A stretch of 64,000 nucleotides of DNA from Felis catus (lineage: Eukaryota), in assembly GCF_018350175.1 (NCBI RefSeq), contig NC_058368.1, positions 114,268,001 to 114,332,000 of the forward strand, written 5' to 3'. This document shows positions 11,469 through 25,099 of the stretch, in pieces; position 1 is the stretch's first letter, and the number at the start of each line of letters is the position of its first letter. Below the pieces are notes generated by a model. The model saw only the letters and a program-made list of their open reading frames with translations. It was not told where the DNA came from and did no database searches. A program made the translations under genes and the position numbers.

Positions 11469-12643
11469 GTAATACCCAAAAGTTTAGCAACTTCTTTACC
11501 CTAGAAAACAGAAAAAGGGGCACCTGGGTGGCTCAGTCAGTTAAGCATCCAACTCTTGATTTCAGCTCAGGTCATGATCTCAGTTTTCTGAGAAGGCGCC
11601 CCACCTCAGGCTCTGCACTAACAATGCACAGCCTACTTGGGATTCTCTTTCTCCCTCTCTCTCTGTTCCTCCCCCACCTTGTGCTGTCTCTCAAAATAAA
11701 TAAATAAACTTTAAAAAAAAAAAAAAGAAAAAAAGAGCATGAAGTACTTCTTCTAACAATTTTTATTCCTATGCCTGAGGACTTGCTCATCTGAGTGCAC
11801 TTTAACATACTACTTGAGGGTACAATCCTCCCTGGTGATTCTACAAAACTACAATGAACAATGGAATCAAGTCATTTTGTAAGACTACAGTTGCCAAATT
11901 GTGATACTAGATATAGCACATGTATTTCAAAGACTAAGACCCACTAAATGTAAACTATTTTTCCTTGAAACAGCTCATTATTCCTCTCTTATTTAGGCAA
12001 AAACTGCTTTAGAGATAAGCTATTGGTAAACATCCTGGATCATTTTGGGAAACTCTCAAAAGGGTTTCATGGCCAAAGTCAATTATTTTATCACCTCCAA
12101 CCATGATTTCAAGCTATTCAAATCAAAGTAATAAAGCCAGAGGGAGATGAAATCCCCTGTGACTAAGTCCTCTCACCTACTGCCCTCACTAATCTCCTCA
12201 AAATTAAAATCTAACCCAAATCCCCCACAACCTGCACAAAATTCCTCAATTGTCTTCAACTACCTGAAATCCTGGCCTCCAAATTTTTTAAATGTTTACT
12301 TATTTTTGAGAGAAAGAGAGGGAGAGAGAGTATCCTAAGCAGGCTCCACACTGTCAACACAGAGCCCAATTCGGGGCTCGAACCCACAAAAAAGTGAGAC
12401 TGTGACCTGAGCCAACATCAAGAGTCAGACGCTTAACCAAATGAGCCATCCAGGTGCCCCCTGGACTCCAAATTTTTTGATCAGGAAAAAAATTATGGAT
12501 CCACTCCTCATTTTTATATTGTATGCATATTACTAAAGTAGAGTAGTAAAAAATATACAAGTATGTTATATGCATAATCCTCATATAGAAAAATAACTTT
12601 TAAGATTAAAAAATATACAAAAACATAAATTTTACTACTACTG

Positions 12644-12644
<1 letters not shown>

Positions 12645-12694
<50 letters not shown>
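12645..12694 (+). repeat. (CA)n microsatellite
   Basis: Directly visible. Confidence 0.97.
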
Positions 12695-12695
<1 letters not shown>

Positions 12696-12732
12696 CTTTA
12701 ATAGGTCATCTTGCCCATCCAAAGTGCAAGGA

Positions 12733-14163
12733 TCTCACAACTCAACCAAAAATCAAACCGATTAAAAAATGGGCAGAAGACCTGAATAGCCATTTTTCTA
12801 AATAAGGCATATTGATGGCCAACAGACATGAAAAGATGTCAGGTAGCATCGCTCTTATCAGTGAAATGTAAATCAAAACCACAATGAGATATCATCTCAC
12901 ACTTGTCAAAATGGTAAGTTATCAAAAAGAAGTAACAAGTGTTGTCAAGTGTTTAGAGAAAAGGGAACCCTCTTGCACTGCTGGTAGGAAAGTAAAGTGG
13001 CACAATCAATATGGGAAACAGCACGGAGGTTCCTCAAAAAATTAAAAACAGAGGGCCGCCTGGGTGGCGCAGTCGGTTAAGCGTCCGACTTCAGCCAGGT
13101 CATGATCTCGCGGTCCGTGAGTTCGAGCCCCGCGTCGGGCTCTGGGCTGATGACTCAGAGCCTGGAACCTGTTTCCGATTCTGTGTCTCCCTCTCTCTCT
13201 GCCCCTCCCCCGTTCATGTTCTGTCTCTCTCTGTCCCAAAAATAAATAAACGTTGAAAAAAAAAATTTAAAAAAAAAAATTAAAAACAGAAATACCATAC
13301 AATCCAGTAATCTCACTTATGAGAAAATGAAAACATTATTCCCAAAAAATACATGTACTCCAATGCTTACTGCAGCACTATACACAGTACCAAGATAAGG
13401 AAGCAACCTAACTGCACATTTATGAATGGATGGATAAAAAATATGCAGTATCTATAATGAAATATTACTCAGCCATGAAAAAGATGATATTGCCATTTGC
13501 AACAACACAGATGGACCTAGAAGATATTAAACTAAGTGATTTAAGTCAGAGAAAAAGACAAGTACCACACAATTCGCGGCAGCTGGGTGGCTCAGTCAGT
13601 TGAGCGTCTGACTTCAGCTCAGGCCATGATCTCACGTTTGTGAGTTCAGGCCCCGCCGCGTTGGGCTCTGTGCTGACAGTTCAGAACCTGGAGCCTGCTT
13701 CAGATCTGTGTCTCCCTCTCTCTCTCTCTGCCCCTCCCCCATTCACACTCTGTCTTTCTTCCTCTCAAAAATAAACATTACAAAAAAAATTTTTTTTAAA
13801 GTACCACACAATTTCACTTGCATGTGGAATTTAAAAACAAGCAAACAAACAAAAGCCAGAAACAGGCTCATAAATACATAGAATAAACTAGTAGTTGCCA
13901 GAGGGTAGTAAGGTGGGGAGATGAGCAAAATCGTTTAATGGAATTAAGAGGCACAAAATTCCAGTTATAAAGTCAGAGATGACAAGTACACAACAGGGAA
14001 TACAATCAATAATAATGTAATAACTTTTTGGTGACAGAGGGTAACTAAACTGCTGCGAGCAGTTCATAATGTATAGAAATGTCAAATCACTATATTGAAC
14101 ACCTGGAACTAATACAGGATTATATGTCAGCCATACTTACATTAAAAAAAAAAAAAAAAAAAA
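12733..14163 (+). mobile_element. 5'-truncated L1 (ORF2 end and 3'UTR) with two nested SINEs
   Basis: aaaaatgggcagaagacctgaatag...aaatcaaaaccacaatgagata...poly(A) at ~14144-14163. Confidence 0.85.
13053..13280 (+). mobile_element. Young felid SINE (SINEC_Fc type)
   Basis: Near-identical to the other young copies; TSD aaaaattaaaaacaga. Confidence 0.9.
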
Positions 14164-14204
14164 GCGCGCCAGTACCTCACTTCTGAGACCAAGTGACCTA
14201 TAGC

Positions 14205-14367
14205 ACTGTTTCTCTAACATCATCTCAGAGAGGGAGGGGCTTGCTCAGTATACATAGTGCAAAGCCACAACCCCAATCCAGCATCCTTGAGAGCATGGTC
14301 TGGGCCTCTGTATGTTTAATAAACTCTTCCGGTGATTATAATGCATAGAAAGATTTAAGAACCTCTG
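14205..14367. mobile_element. MER5A-like hAT MITE
   Basis: Termini cactgtttctc...tttaagaacctctg and internal ggtgatt.taatgca. Confidence 0.6.
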
Positions 14368-15221
14368 GCATACAAGTTAAACCCTAAACTCCACTGCATA
14401 ACCTACATACAAGTACTTCAACTACCAGTAAAATCTCCCTTACTGCCACTCTTCCACCTCACTCTACTATCCAGCAATACTTAAATTTACTTGAAGTTCA
14501 CAGTCCATACCTCTCAGGCTTTGCACATATCATTTTCTGTGCTTAGAGTCCTAACAATACCATAACCAACCACCACCTTGTTCACCAAACTTCTGTTCTT
14601 TGAGTCCAACTCCCATTTCCTCTCAAACCCTGCCTGATTTTCTGAAGCAGACAGTTCTCCTTTGCTCCTAGTGTACCCTTTTTAGCAACTATCCCATAAA
14701 ATTTAAAAGTATATCTCTTCAATAGAGAGGATGAGTGAAGGTAGGAAGCCTGTCATTTCATCTTTGTAACACTAAAGGCCTCACCCAAAGACTGACACAG
14801 AATGTAGTTTTTCAAATATATGTTGCATAAAGACATAAACAATACTGTCTATTCAAAATTAGCAAGAAGGAACATCTCCTTAAGTGATTAAAAACTAAGA
14901 AAACATCAAAAATGGCTGTCATATCTATTTTCCACAATAACAACAACCAAAGATAACCAAATCAAGGGAAACCAACTATTACTTATGGAGTATCTAAAGC
15001 ACTTTACAAGTTATTTCTCATACCTAGAATAATGCTATGAAGCAGACACTATTACCCTTTTACATACATAAAAGCTGAAAGCACTGTGAGCCTCAAGTCA
15101 CTCAGCTACTAACTTCAAAATTTGTAAATCGTAATGCTAAAATACGCTGCTGGATCTAACTGCACTTTCTAATGAAACTTACTTAAGTCTTAACAAACCA
15201 GAACATTAAAATGAGCATTAT

Positions 15222-15785
15222 TGGGGGTGCCTGGCTGGTTCAGTCAGTAGAGCATGTGACTCCTGACCGCGGGGTTGTAAGTTCGAGCCCCACACTGGGA
15301 GCAGAGATTACTTTAAAAATAAAATAAGATTGGGGCGCCTGGGTGGCGCAGTCGGTTAAGCGTCTGACTTCAGCCAGGTCACGATCTCGCGGTCCGTGAG
15401 TTCGAGCCCCGCGTCGGGCTCTGGGCTGATGGCTCAGAGCCTGGAGCCTGTTTCCGATTCTGTGTCTCCCTCTCTCTCTGCCCCTCCCCCGTTCATGCTC
15501 TGTCTCTCTCTGTCGCAAAAATAAATAAATGTTGAAAAAAAAAATTAAAAATAAAATAAGATTAAAAAATAGGGGCACGTGGGTGGCTCAGTCAGTTAAG
15601 CGTCCCAACTCTTGATTTCTACTCAGGTCATGATCTCACAGTTTGTCAGTTCAAGCCCAGGGTCAGGCTCTGCAGTGACAGCACAAAGGCTACTTGGGAT
15701 TCTCTGTCTCCTTTTCTTCTGTCCCTTCCCTGCTTGTGCATGAACACAGTCTCAAAAATAATTTATTTTAAATAAAAATAAAACA
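15222..15785 (+). mobile_element. Cluster of three Can-SINEs, including a young SINEC_Fc at 15332-15560
   Basis: Three gggg(c/t)(g/a)c heads; the young copy has TSD taaaaataaaataagatt in the tail of the first. Confidence 0.88.
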
Positions 15786-17191
15786 AGCACTATTAAAAAG
15801 GCAAAAGACTACTTTCACATTTACTTGGAAAGCCACCACAATTCTGATTCAAAAAACCAAGGAGACCACAAGGTACCTGGAGTTAGTCTCAAAGATTAGG
15901 TGAAAAAACTTCCCCAAAGGATAACCTCTTGAGCTACCTGTAAGTGAGAACTAGAGTTCTACATTGTTCAACATCAATGCATGAGAAACAGCAAAGTGTG
16001 GTATAGGGATGTCTAATCCTGCTTATGAAAGTATGAGGAAAGGTGGCACTTGAAATGCTTGTCTGATTAAAAGGTAAGCCTGTAATGTACTAGAAGATGG
16101 CTCCCAATGGGTTCCCTTTTCCTACATGCACTCCAGTTTCCCTAACATAGCATGATTTCCACTAACATAGCATGATTTTCCACTAAATCAAAGTGCCTAA
16201 CAGTTAAATTAACTCTTCACACTAAGTATCAGCACAAAGAGTGGCCCTTTTTTTAAAACAGCACTACAATTTAAAAGGTGATCGGGAGCCTGGGTGGCTC
16301 AGTTGGATAAACGTCCAATGCTGGCTCAGGGCAAGAACTTACAGTTCACAAGTTTAAGCCCCAAGTTGGGTTGGGTTCTGTGCTGACAGCTCAGAGCCAG
16401 GAGCCTGCTTCACATTGTGTCTCCCTCTCTCTCTGCCCCTCCCCCCACTCAAAAATACATATTAAAAAATAAAAGGTGACACAAAATATCTGAGAAAGCA
16501 TACACGCATAACAGCAACCACATATTCTAGCCAGTTAAATATGTGCACATAATCTCAATTTTGATAACTTTTGACTCAAGACTCCTCCCTTCTAGTAACC
16601 TTTAACCTCTTTTCTACTGAAAACATGCACATGTAGCACCTACCAAACTAATGAGCAAGGTTTAAAGAAGAGTAGCTTATCGTTTCTTATTGCACATTAA
16701 CACAAAACTATAACGTTTCATTTTTTTTCATGTACGGGGTATTATAGGCAATTTCACAACGTGTTTTAACAAAATGGGTCCCTTGAAATCAGAACATTTC
16801 TCTTTTTGCACAAACTTGTGTAAAAACTGCTCTGGCGGGGGGAATAAAACTACCACATGAACAAAAAAAACACTTAATAAACTTATTTTTTATGTGTCTT
16901 CCTCACTAGATTGTAAAATTTGAGAGCAAAAGATATGACTTCATCTTTGTTTTCCCAGTTGTAAACACCAAACAAAAGCAGAACTCCAATATCTGAACAG
17001 ATGCTATCATTTCTGGTGTACTTTCCAGTTCACTATCCAAATGAATCCTCAAATTCAAAATCTTGAGAAAAGCAGACAGATCATCATTCCCTCTCTCAGA
17101 AGAAACAAACAAAAAATCTCAGAAAGCTGAAGAAACTGGTTCAAAGTCACTGAACTAATGACTAGAAACCTAAGACTGCTTTTTTGTGTGT

Positions 17192-17223
17192 GTTTATTTT
17201 TGAGAGAGCACAAGCAGGGGAGG

Positions 17224-17263
<40 letters not shown>

Positions 17264-17773
17264 CAGACACACACACAGAATCCAAAGCAGGATCCAGGCT
17301 CTGAGCTGTCAGCACAGAGCCTGACATCAGGCTCAAACCCACGAGCTGTGACATCATGACCTGAGCCCAAGTCGGACACTTAATAAACGACTGAGTTAAC
17401 CCAGGTGCCCCTTAAGACTGCTACCTTTTAAGTGGATGCTTTCAGGAAACAATGACCACAATCATCACTGAAAATTTTGTTTAAAATTTCACCGAAATGT
17501 ATGAAGACATAAAGTAATTTACAAAAAACTTGAGTACTTTGTACATGCTTTTCATATAAAAATTCTCTCATCTTATCTGATTCGAAATTTGAGTTTCTTC
17601 TGGCGTCCCTAGTGGCTTTGTCAGTTGAGTGTCTGACTCTTGATTACAGCTCACATCATTATCCCAGAGTCATGGGATAGAGCCCCGAGTGGGCTCCATG
17701 CTGAACACGGAGCTTCCTTGGAATTCCCTCTCTCTCACTCTGCCCCTTCCCCACTTGAACATGTGTGCACGTG

Positions 17774-17806
<33 letters not shown>

Positions 17807-18080
17807 AAATTTAAAAATTAAAAAAAAGTAAATAAATAATAAATTTTGGTTTCTTTCCCTTTCCAAGTTTTTTTTTTTTTTTTTAAAGATTTTACTTTTG
17901 GGGTGACTGGGTGGCTCAGTCAATTGAGCGTCTGACTTCTAGTTTCTGCTCAGGTCGTGATCTCACAATTAGTGAGTTCGAGCCCTGTGACAAGGCTCCA
18001 AGCTAAGGGCACAGAGCCTGCTTGAGATTATCTCTCTCCTCCCTCTCTCTGCCCCTCCCCTACTCGCTTGCGCGGGCGCG

Positions 18081-18116
<36 letters not shown>

Positions 18117-18249
18117 AATAAATAAGCTTTAAAAAAATAAAAATAATAAATTATTTTTTTAAAGTCATCTCTACACCCAACATGGGGTTCAAAGTTTGAA
18201 GTCCCAAGATGAAGAGTCACATGCTCTACTGAGTCAACCAGAAGCCCCT
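17192..18249. mobile_element. Cluster of four older Can-SINEs (-,+,+,-)
   Basis: SINE heads, (CT)n/(GA)n bodies and A/T tails. Confidence 0.85.
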
Positions 18250-18384
18250 GCCTTTCCAAATTTTAAATTCACTGTGACTAGTGGTTTTTTTCCAAATGGG
18301 GACCACAAAGTTCCTGTCCCACCAACCTCCATCCCCCACTTCCTCCCCCAACAATTAAGCAGCTACTATGTAACACAACGAGTG

Positions 18385-19090
18385 GTTTTCACACTACTGG
18401 ACACTGAACCAAAGAAAATGAAAACACTAATTCAAAAATATATGTGCACCCCTATGTTTAGTGCCACATTATTTACAACAGGACAGACCTGAAACAGGAC
18501 AGATATGAAACAGGATCTGAACAGGATCCTGAACATATCTGAACAGATATGAAAACAACTCAAGTATCCCAGGAATGGATAAAGATGTGGTATAAACACA
18601 CATATACACACACAATGGAGTATTGCTTAGACATTAAAAAAAAACAAAAAAATTTACTCAGCCATAAAAAAAAAAGAACATGATCTTGCCATTTGCCACA
18701 TCATGGATGGACCCACAGGATATTATGCTAAAAGAAAGAAGTCAGAGAAAGACAAATACCATATGACTTAACTTACATTCATATAGTTCTAGAATAAACA
18801 ATAACAGACTCATAATTACAGAGAACTGGTGGCTGTAAGGGGCAACTCTGCCAGGGATGGGCAATATAGGCGAAGGGGATTAAGAGGTATAAACTTCTAG
18901 TTATAAAATAAGTCACAGAGATGAAAAATAAAACACAGAAAATATATCAATGATATTGTAATAACACTGTGACAAATGGTGACCACACAAGGTGGTGAGC
19001 ACTGAATAATGTATAGAATTGCTGAGTCACTGTGATATACACCTGAAATTAACATAACATTAAATATCAACTACAGCACTAAAAACAAAT
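18385..19090 (+). mobile_element. L1 3' fragment
   Basis: ccaaagaaaatgaaaacactaattcaaaaa...atcttgccatttgc...cacctgaaattaac. Confidence 0.8.
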
Positions 19091-20291
19091 TTTTTTCGTT
19101 TTCAGTTTTTACTTTTTTCTCCAAATGTATGGAACAGCAGCTTGATAAACAAAAGCAAAAATAAATATTTTAAGAACAAGTAAAAAGCTCAACATTTTCT
19201 GTTTTTCTATTCCTAAAAAGGGCAATAATAAACTCAACAGACATCTCTCTGAAAATTGTTTAAAAATCAAAGACATAAGAATTATCATACATCATATACA
19301 TTAGGAAAAGAAAACATACTAGAGCTAGCTAATAACCTGACAGAAAAGACTGAAGTATTTCCCTCTAGCATAATCCAGTAAATTTCATTAAGTTATCTAA
19401 TCAACCCAGTGCATTTTCCTCAAGCTAAGACTTTTTACACATTCTGGTTCATCCACCTAAAATATTCTCCCCCCTTCATCCTACTCATCTTCAGCTCTCA
19501 CTCAACTCCCATTCTTGGAGGGGCTTTCTCCAACCCACTCATCTAATGATCTCTCCCTGTGAAATTGTCTCAAGACATATCATTCCTTGGCTCCAAAGCA
19601 TTCATCACAAGTTTTATTATACACTCCTTTCTGTGTTTAATGTCTATTTCTTCCAAGAGAGTATAAACTCCTTCAAGTCTGCTGGTAGGTTGTTTTTTTA
19701 AAAAAACAGCTTCATTAAGGTATAATTTACATACCATAGAATTCACTCTTTTCAAGTATACAATGATGTCTATCTAATAAATTTACCAAGTTATGCAACC
19801 ATCACCAAGTGATTGCTTGTTAACTCTGGCATTTAGAAGAAGATAAATGTGAAAGAATAAATCAATCTGATAATGAGTTACTCTTGTAATCCCATTACTA
19901 CTAGTATGCATTCAATGTACCACATGATTTGATGGTAAATTTACCTTTTTACATTCCATTTCAAATATCCTTCAGTCATGTCTTCTATAAGGCTCTCAAA
20001 CTGAACCTACTCACCTACTAGCCTACTGTCTGACTTGGGGAACAGTGACTCATACAGGTCAAGTTTATGTGTACATACTACAATTCCTTTTCCCTGTCAA
20101 CTAATACCCTCCTCTGCCCCTAGCCATTTTAATAAAACACTTAACAAAATAAAGGGAAGCTTAGGAGAAGTAATCTTACTCAGTGGGGAAGACAGCATTT
20201 ATTTAATGGATATACTTTTGTGATATCAAAGTGATGGGAAAAAGTTCTTGGTACTGACATACAACTGGTTGAGTTCTAAATATATCTTACT

Positions 20292-20510
20292 AGGGGCTCC
20301 TGGGTGGCGCAGTCGGTTAAGCGTCCGACTTCGGCCAGGTCACGATCTCGCGGTCCGTGAGTTCGAGCCCCGCGTCAGGCTCTGGGCTGATGGCTCGGAG
20401 CCTGGAGCCTGTTTCCGATTCTGTGTCTCCCTCTCTCTCTGCCCCTCCCCCGTTCATGCTCTGTCTCTCTCTGTCCCAAAAGTAAATAAACGTTGAAAAA
20501 AAAAATTTTT

Positions 20511-20558
<48 letters not shown>
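20292..20558 (+). mobile_element. Young felid SINE with (AAAT)n tail
   Basis: Consensus-like, CpG-rich; TSD atcttacta. Confidence 0.9.
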
Positions 20559-20559
20559 A

Positions 20560-21822
20560 TCTTACTAGACACATAGCCAGAGGCAAGGGAAACAGAAGCA
20601 AAACTGAACTATTGGGACTTCAAGATAAAAAGCTTCTGCACAGGGAAGAAAACAATCAACAAAACTAAAAGGCAGCCTATGGACCGGAAGAAGATATTTG
20701 CAAATGACATAGCTGATAAAGGGTTAATACCCAAAATCTATAAGAACTTATCAAAACTCAACACCCAAAAAACAACGCAGTTAAGAAACATGAACAGACA
20801 AGAACAGACATTTTTCCAAAGAAGACATTCAGATTCAGATGGCTGATGGACACATGAAAAAATGCTCAACATCACTCACCATCAGGGAAATAGATAACAA
20901 AACTACAATGAGATACCACCTCAAACTTGTCAGAATGGCAAAAAGTAACACAGGAAACAAGAGATCTTGGCAAGGATGGGGAGAAAGGGGAACCCTCTTA
21001 CACTGTTAATGGAAATGCAAACAGGTGCAGCCACCTTGATAAATGGTATGGAGGTTCCCCAAAAATTAAAAATAGAACTACCCTATGATCCAGCAATTAC
21101 CCTACAAAGAATACAAAAAGACAGATTCAACGGGAGCCTGGGTGGCTCGGTAGGTTAAGCATCTGACTTCACCTCAGGTCATGATGTCACAGTTCATGAG
21201 CTGGAGCCCCACATCAGGCTCTCTACTGTCAGTGCACAGCCCGCTTTGGATCCTTGGTCTCCTTCTCTCTCTGCCCCTCCCCTACTTGCTCACGTGTGCT
21301 CTCTAAAATAAACATCAAAAATAAAATAGATCCAAAGGGGTACATGCACCTCAATGTTTACAGCAGCATTATCAACAATAGCTAAACTATGGCAAGAACC
21401 CTAATGTCCATCAACTGATGAATGGTAAAGAAGATGTGGCATACACATACGATGGAATACTACTCAGCCATCAAAAAGAATGAAATCTTGCCATTTGCAA
21501 TGATGTTGATGGAGCTAGAGTGTATTATGCTAAGCAAAATAAATCAAAGAACGACAAATACCATGATTTCACTCATATATGGAATTTAAAGAAACAAAAC
21601 AAATAAACTTATGGGAAGGGGAAAAAAGAGAGAGAACAAACAGGATTGATGGAGGTGGTTGGGGGATGGGCTAAATGGGGGATGGCTACTATGGAGAGCA
21701 CTTCTTATGATGAGCACTGGTTGCTTTATGTAAGTGATGAATCACTAAATTCTACTCCAGAAACCAAAATCACACTATACATTAACTACCTAGAATTTAA
21801 ATAAAAATTTGAAAATAAAAAA
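20560..21822 (+). mobile_element. 5'-truncated carnivore L1 (ORF2 end and 3'UTR), SINE nested at ~21132-21327
   Basis: aactattgggacttca...aaaagcttctgcacag...gaactaccctatgatccagcaatt...gaatttaaataaaaatt. Confidence 0.88.
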
Positions 21823-22085
21823 TATAGTGATCTAACATATAAATGGAAATATTTTTCAGATATAATCAGTCCCTCCGCTGTTTATCCATGTATAAAACAG
21901 AAATTTCTGGGGTGCCTAGGTGGCTCAGTCAGTCGAATGTCCGACTCTTGATTTCAGCTCAGGTCATGATCCCACGGTTGTGGGACCAAACCGTGTCGGG
22001 TTCCACACTGAGCATGGAGCCTGCTTAAGATTTTCTCTCTCCTTCTGCCTCTTCCTGGAGCTGGCACACTCTCTCTCTCAAATTA

Positions 22086-22298
22086 AATTTTTTTTTCAAC
22101 GTTTATTTATTTTTGGGACAGAGAGAGACAGAGCATGAACGGGGGAGGGGCAGAGAGAGAGGGAGACACAGAATCGGAAACAGGCTCCAGGCTCTGAGCC
22201 ATCAGCCCAGAGCCCGACGCGGGGCTCAAACTCACGGACCGCAAGATCGTGACCTGGCTGAAGTCGGACGCTTAACCGACTGCGCCACCCAGGCGCCC
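22086..22298 (-). mobile_element. Young felid SINE inserted in reverse into the tail of an older SINE
   Basis: Reverse complement of the young consensus; TSD ctctctctctcaaattaaa. Confidence 0.9.
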
Positions 22299-22547
22299 CT
22301 CTCTCTCTCAAATTAAAAAATATATATATATATTTTTTTTTTCAGGGCACCTGAGTGGATCAGTCAGTTAAGCATCTGGATTTTGGCTCAGGTCATGACC
22401 TCACCGTTCAGTGTCAGGTTCTGTGTTAACAGTGTGGAGCCTGCTTGGGATTATCTCTCTCCCTCTGCCCCTCCCCTGCTCACGCTGTCTCAAAAGAAAA
22501 ATAAATAAAAAATAAAAGTAAAAACAAATAAACAAAACAAAAAAATC

Positions 22548-23925
22548 CAAAAATGACCAGAGGATGTGAAGACATTTATCTAAAGAAGATATATAAATGA
22601 AAAGATGCTTAACATCTTTATCTCTTGAGAAAATAAAAATCAAAAACACAGCTCACAACACAAAACACAAAAACACAGCTCAAAAACACAGTGAAATATC
22701 AGCTCACTCCTATTAAGAGGGCAATTATCAAACAAACAAACAGGAAAGTAACAACTACTGGAGAGGATGTGGAGAAAACTTAACGGTTGTACATGGCTAA
22801 CAGGAATGAAAAATGGTGCAGCAGCCCTGGAAAACAGTTTGTAAGTTTCTCCAAAAAGTTAAACATAGAATTACCACATAACCCAGCAAGTCCACTGCTA
22901 GGTACCTACCCAAAAGAATCAAAAGCAGGGACTCAAACAAACACTTGTACACCAATATTCACAGTAGCATTATTCACAAAAGTTAATACAAGTATTAAAA
23001 AAGAGACAACAGGGGGTGCCTGGCTAGCTCAGTCAGTAGAACATAGGACTCTTGATCTTGAGATCGTGAGTTCAAGCCTCACATTGGGCATGGAGCCTAC
23101 GTAAAAAAAAAAAAAAAAAAAAAGATAACAGGTCCAAAACTGAGTCACCTGGGCTAAGCCTACATCACCAAACCAAGAGATAGTATCTACCTACCCACCT
23201 AACTGCTTCCCCAAGAATGTAATCTTAACTAGTCGGTCTGGAATTTCCTGGTCAGCGCTAGTGAGGTAATGTGCCTGATACACTCAGGCGGCCTACCAAA
23301 GTATGGTAAACTGCCTGAAACAACCCACTCTTTGCTAGAACTTCCTTGTCCTGCCTCCTTTGGCTTTAAAAGCCTTCCATTTTGCACAGCTCCTCAGAGC
23401 TCCTTTCAGTCTGCTAGATGGGATGCTGCCTGATTCATGAATAAAAACCCATAAAACCCATATAAGACTGTTAAAATTTACTCAATTGAATTTTGGTTTT
23501 TTTTAACAGGTAGAAACAATCCAAATGTCCATCGACAGATAAATAAAATGTTCTATACACATACAATGGAATTCAGCCATAAAAAGGAAGTAAATTCTGA
23601 TACAAGCTATAACATAGATGAAACTTGAAAACATGCTACATAAAATAAGCCAAACACAAAAGGACAAATGCTATGTGATTTCACCTACATGAGCTACCTA
23701 GAACAGGCAAACTTACAGAAACAGAATATAGAATAAAGGTTACCAAAGGCTGGGCAGGGGAGAAAATGGGGAATTATTGTCTACAGAGTTGCTATCGGGG
23801 ATAATAAAAAAAAGTTCTCAAAATACACAGCGGTGATGGTGGCCCAACATTGTAAATATACTTAATGCCATAAGTTGTACACTTAAAAAATGGTTAAAAT
23901 CATAAATTGTTATGTATATTTACAA
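22548..23925 (+). mobile_element. Old L1 (L1MB-like) 3' fragment, interrupted by an LTR
   Basis: aaaagttaaacatagaattacca...ccaaatgtccatcgacaga...gtacacttaaaaaatggttaaaat. Confidence 0.8.
22982..23508 (+). mobile_element. Solo ERV LTR (carnivore ERV1-like) with a short SINE inside (23012-23123)
   Basis: Interrupts contiguous L1 sequence; TATA-like ctttaaaa, attcatgaataaa polyA signal, ends ...ttaaca. Confidence 0.65.
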
Positions 23926-25099
23926 TTTTCCCCCAAGTATAGCTACAGTAATTTATATTATTATATTCCCCAATATTAAAGTTAGTGTAAAATGAAGAGG
24001 AAGCCATGCAGATGGAGGTTATCCATAAATGATAATAAAAGAAGCTGTCATTGTACTGGTGAGGGAAAATTGACAAGTCATAATGCATTCATTTCAGTCA
24101 TTTTCTGTCCTAAAAAAATCACATTCTAATAAAAAACACACTGTAAAATTTACTTAGTGAAGAATTTTGTGACACTGTGATAATGCCTTTCTACACCTAA
24201 GGATTTAAGCACACTGTGTCAAAAATCCCTACCTGGTGACACAACTGGAGAAAATACTGCCCTAATTTTAAAGGCAGCATAGATTAATAAAGAAGGGGCT
24301 CGTAATGGACATACAAATAGTGACCATTCAATTTCATCAACAAGTAATTAATAAATGCACAGTACCTGTGAGAAACCCAGGCCAACAAGTACCGCTACTA
24401 TACTTGCAAAAAGCAAAATTGAAGACCTAGCCTTACATTAACCCAGAAAGTCATTAATTCAAACTACCATTTAATGTCTGCCTTTAAAGGTAAGTGCATT
24501 TCAGTCATTTAATGTCCACAGTGTACATTATTGTGGATCGGGTTATCATTTTTAGATTATCAGCTCCTTGAAAGGAAGGTAAACGCCCAACTTGAGGTAC
24601 TACTCTCAATGATTAGAAGGCACAATGCGGAACCTAATGAAATTCTGCAACGACCGTTCTAAAAGTCAGTTTGATTTTTGATTACAAATAAAAGTTTACT
24701 AATTTCTCAAGTGTGCCAATAGATTCAATTTCCTATTTCCTATATAACCTTATCTCGGAAACCAGTCGCCCCATATGAAACTTAACGCTGTACCCCCTCT
24801 GGTCTGCATATTCGGAGTGCATTCTAGACAAGTCCCCAGTGTACCAACAGCCCAATTTTGGCTATATTCTCTGAGCGATTTAAGGAAGTCAGCAACCACT
24901 CATCTCACGTGATCTTAAAAAGGGAGGGGGGGGTAGTTTAGCCCAGATTAAACCACACTTTTTTTTTTTTCTTTGCATTGACTTCACAGAACAGCATCAA
25001 GGAAGTGGCAGGGAAGTGGCGCAGTCTGGTGCACAGGGGAGGCTAGCAAACGCGTAGGTTGCTGTGCCTTGGAGTTTGGGGGAGCTAGGAGGTAGGAAG

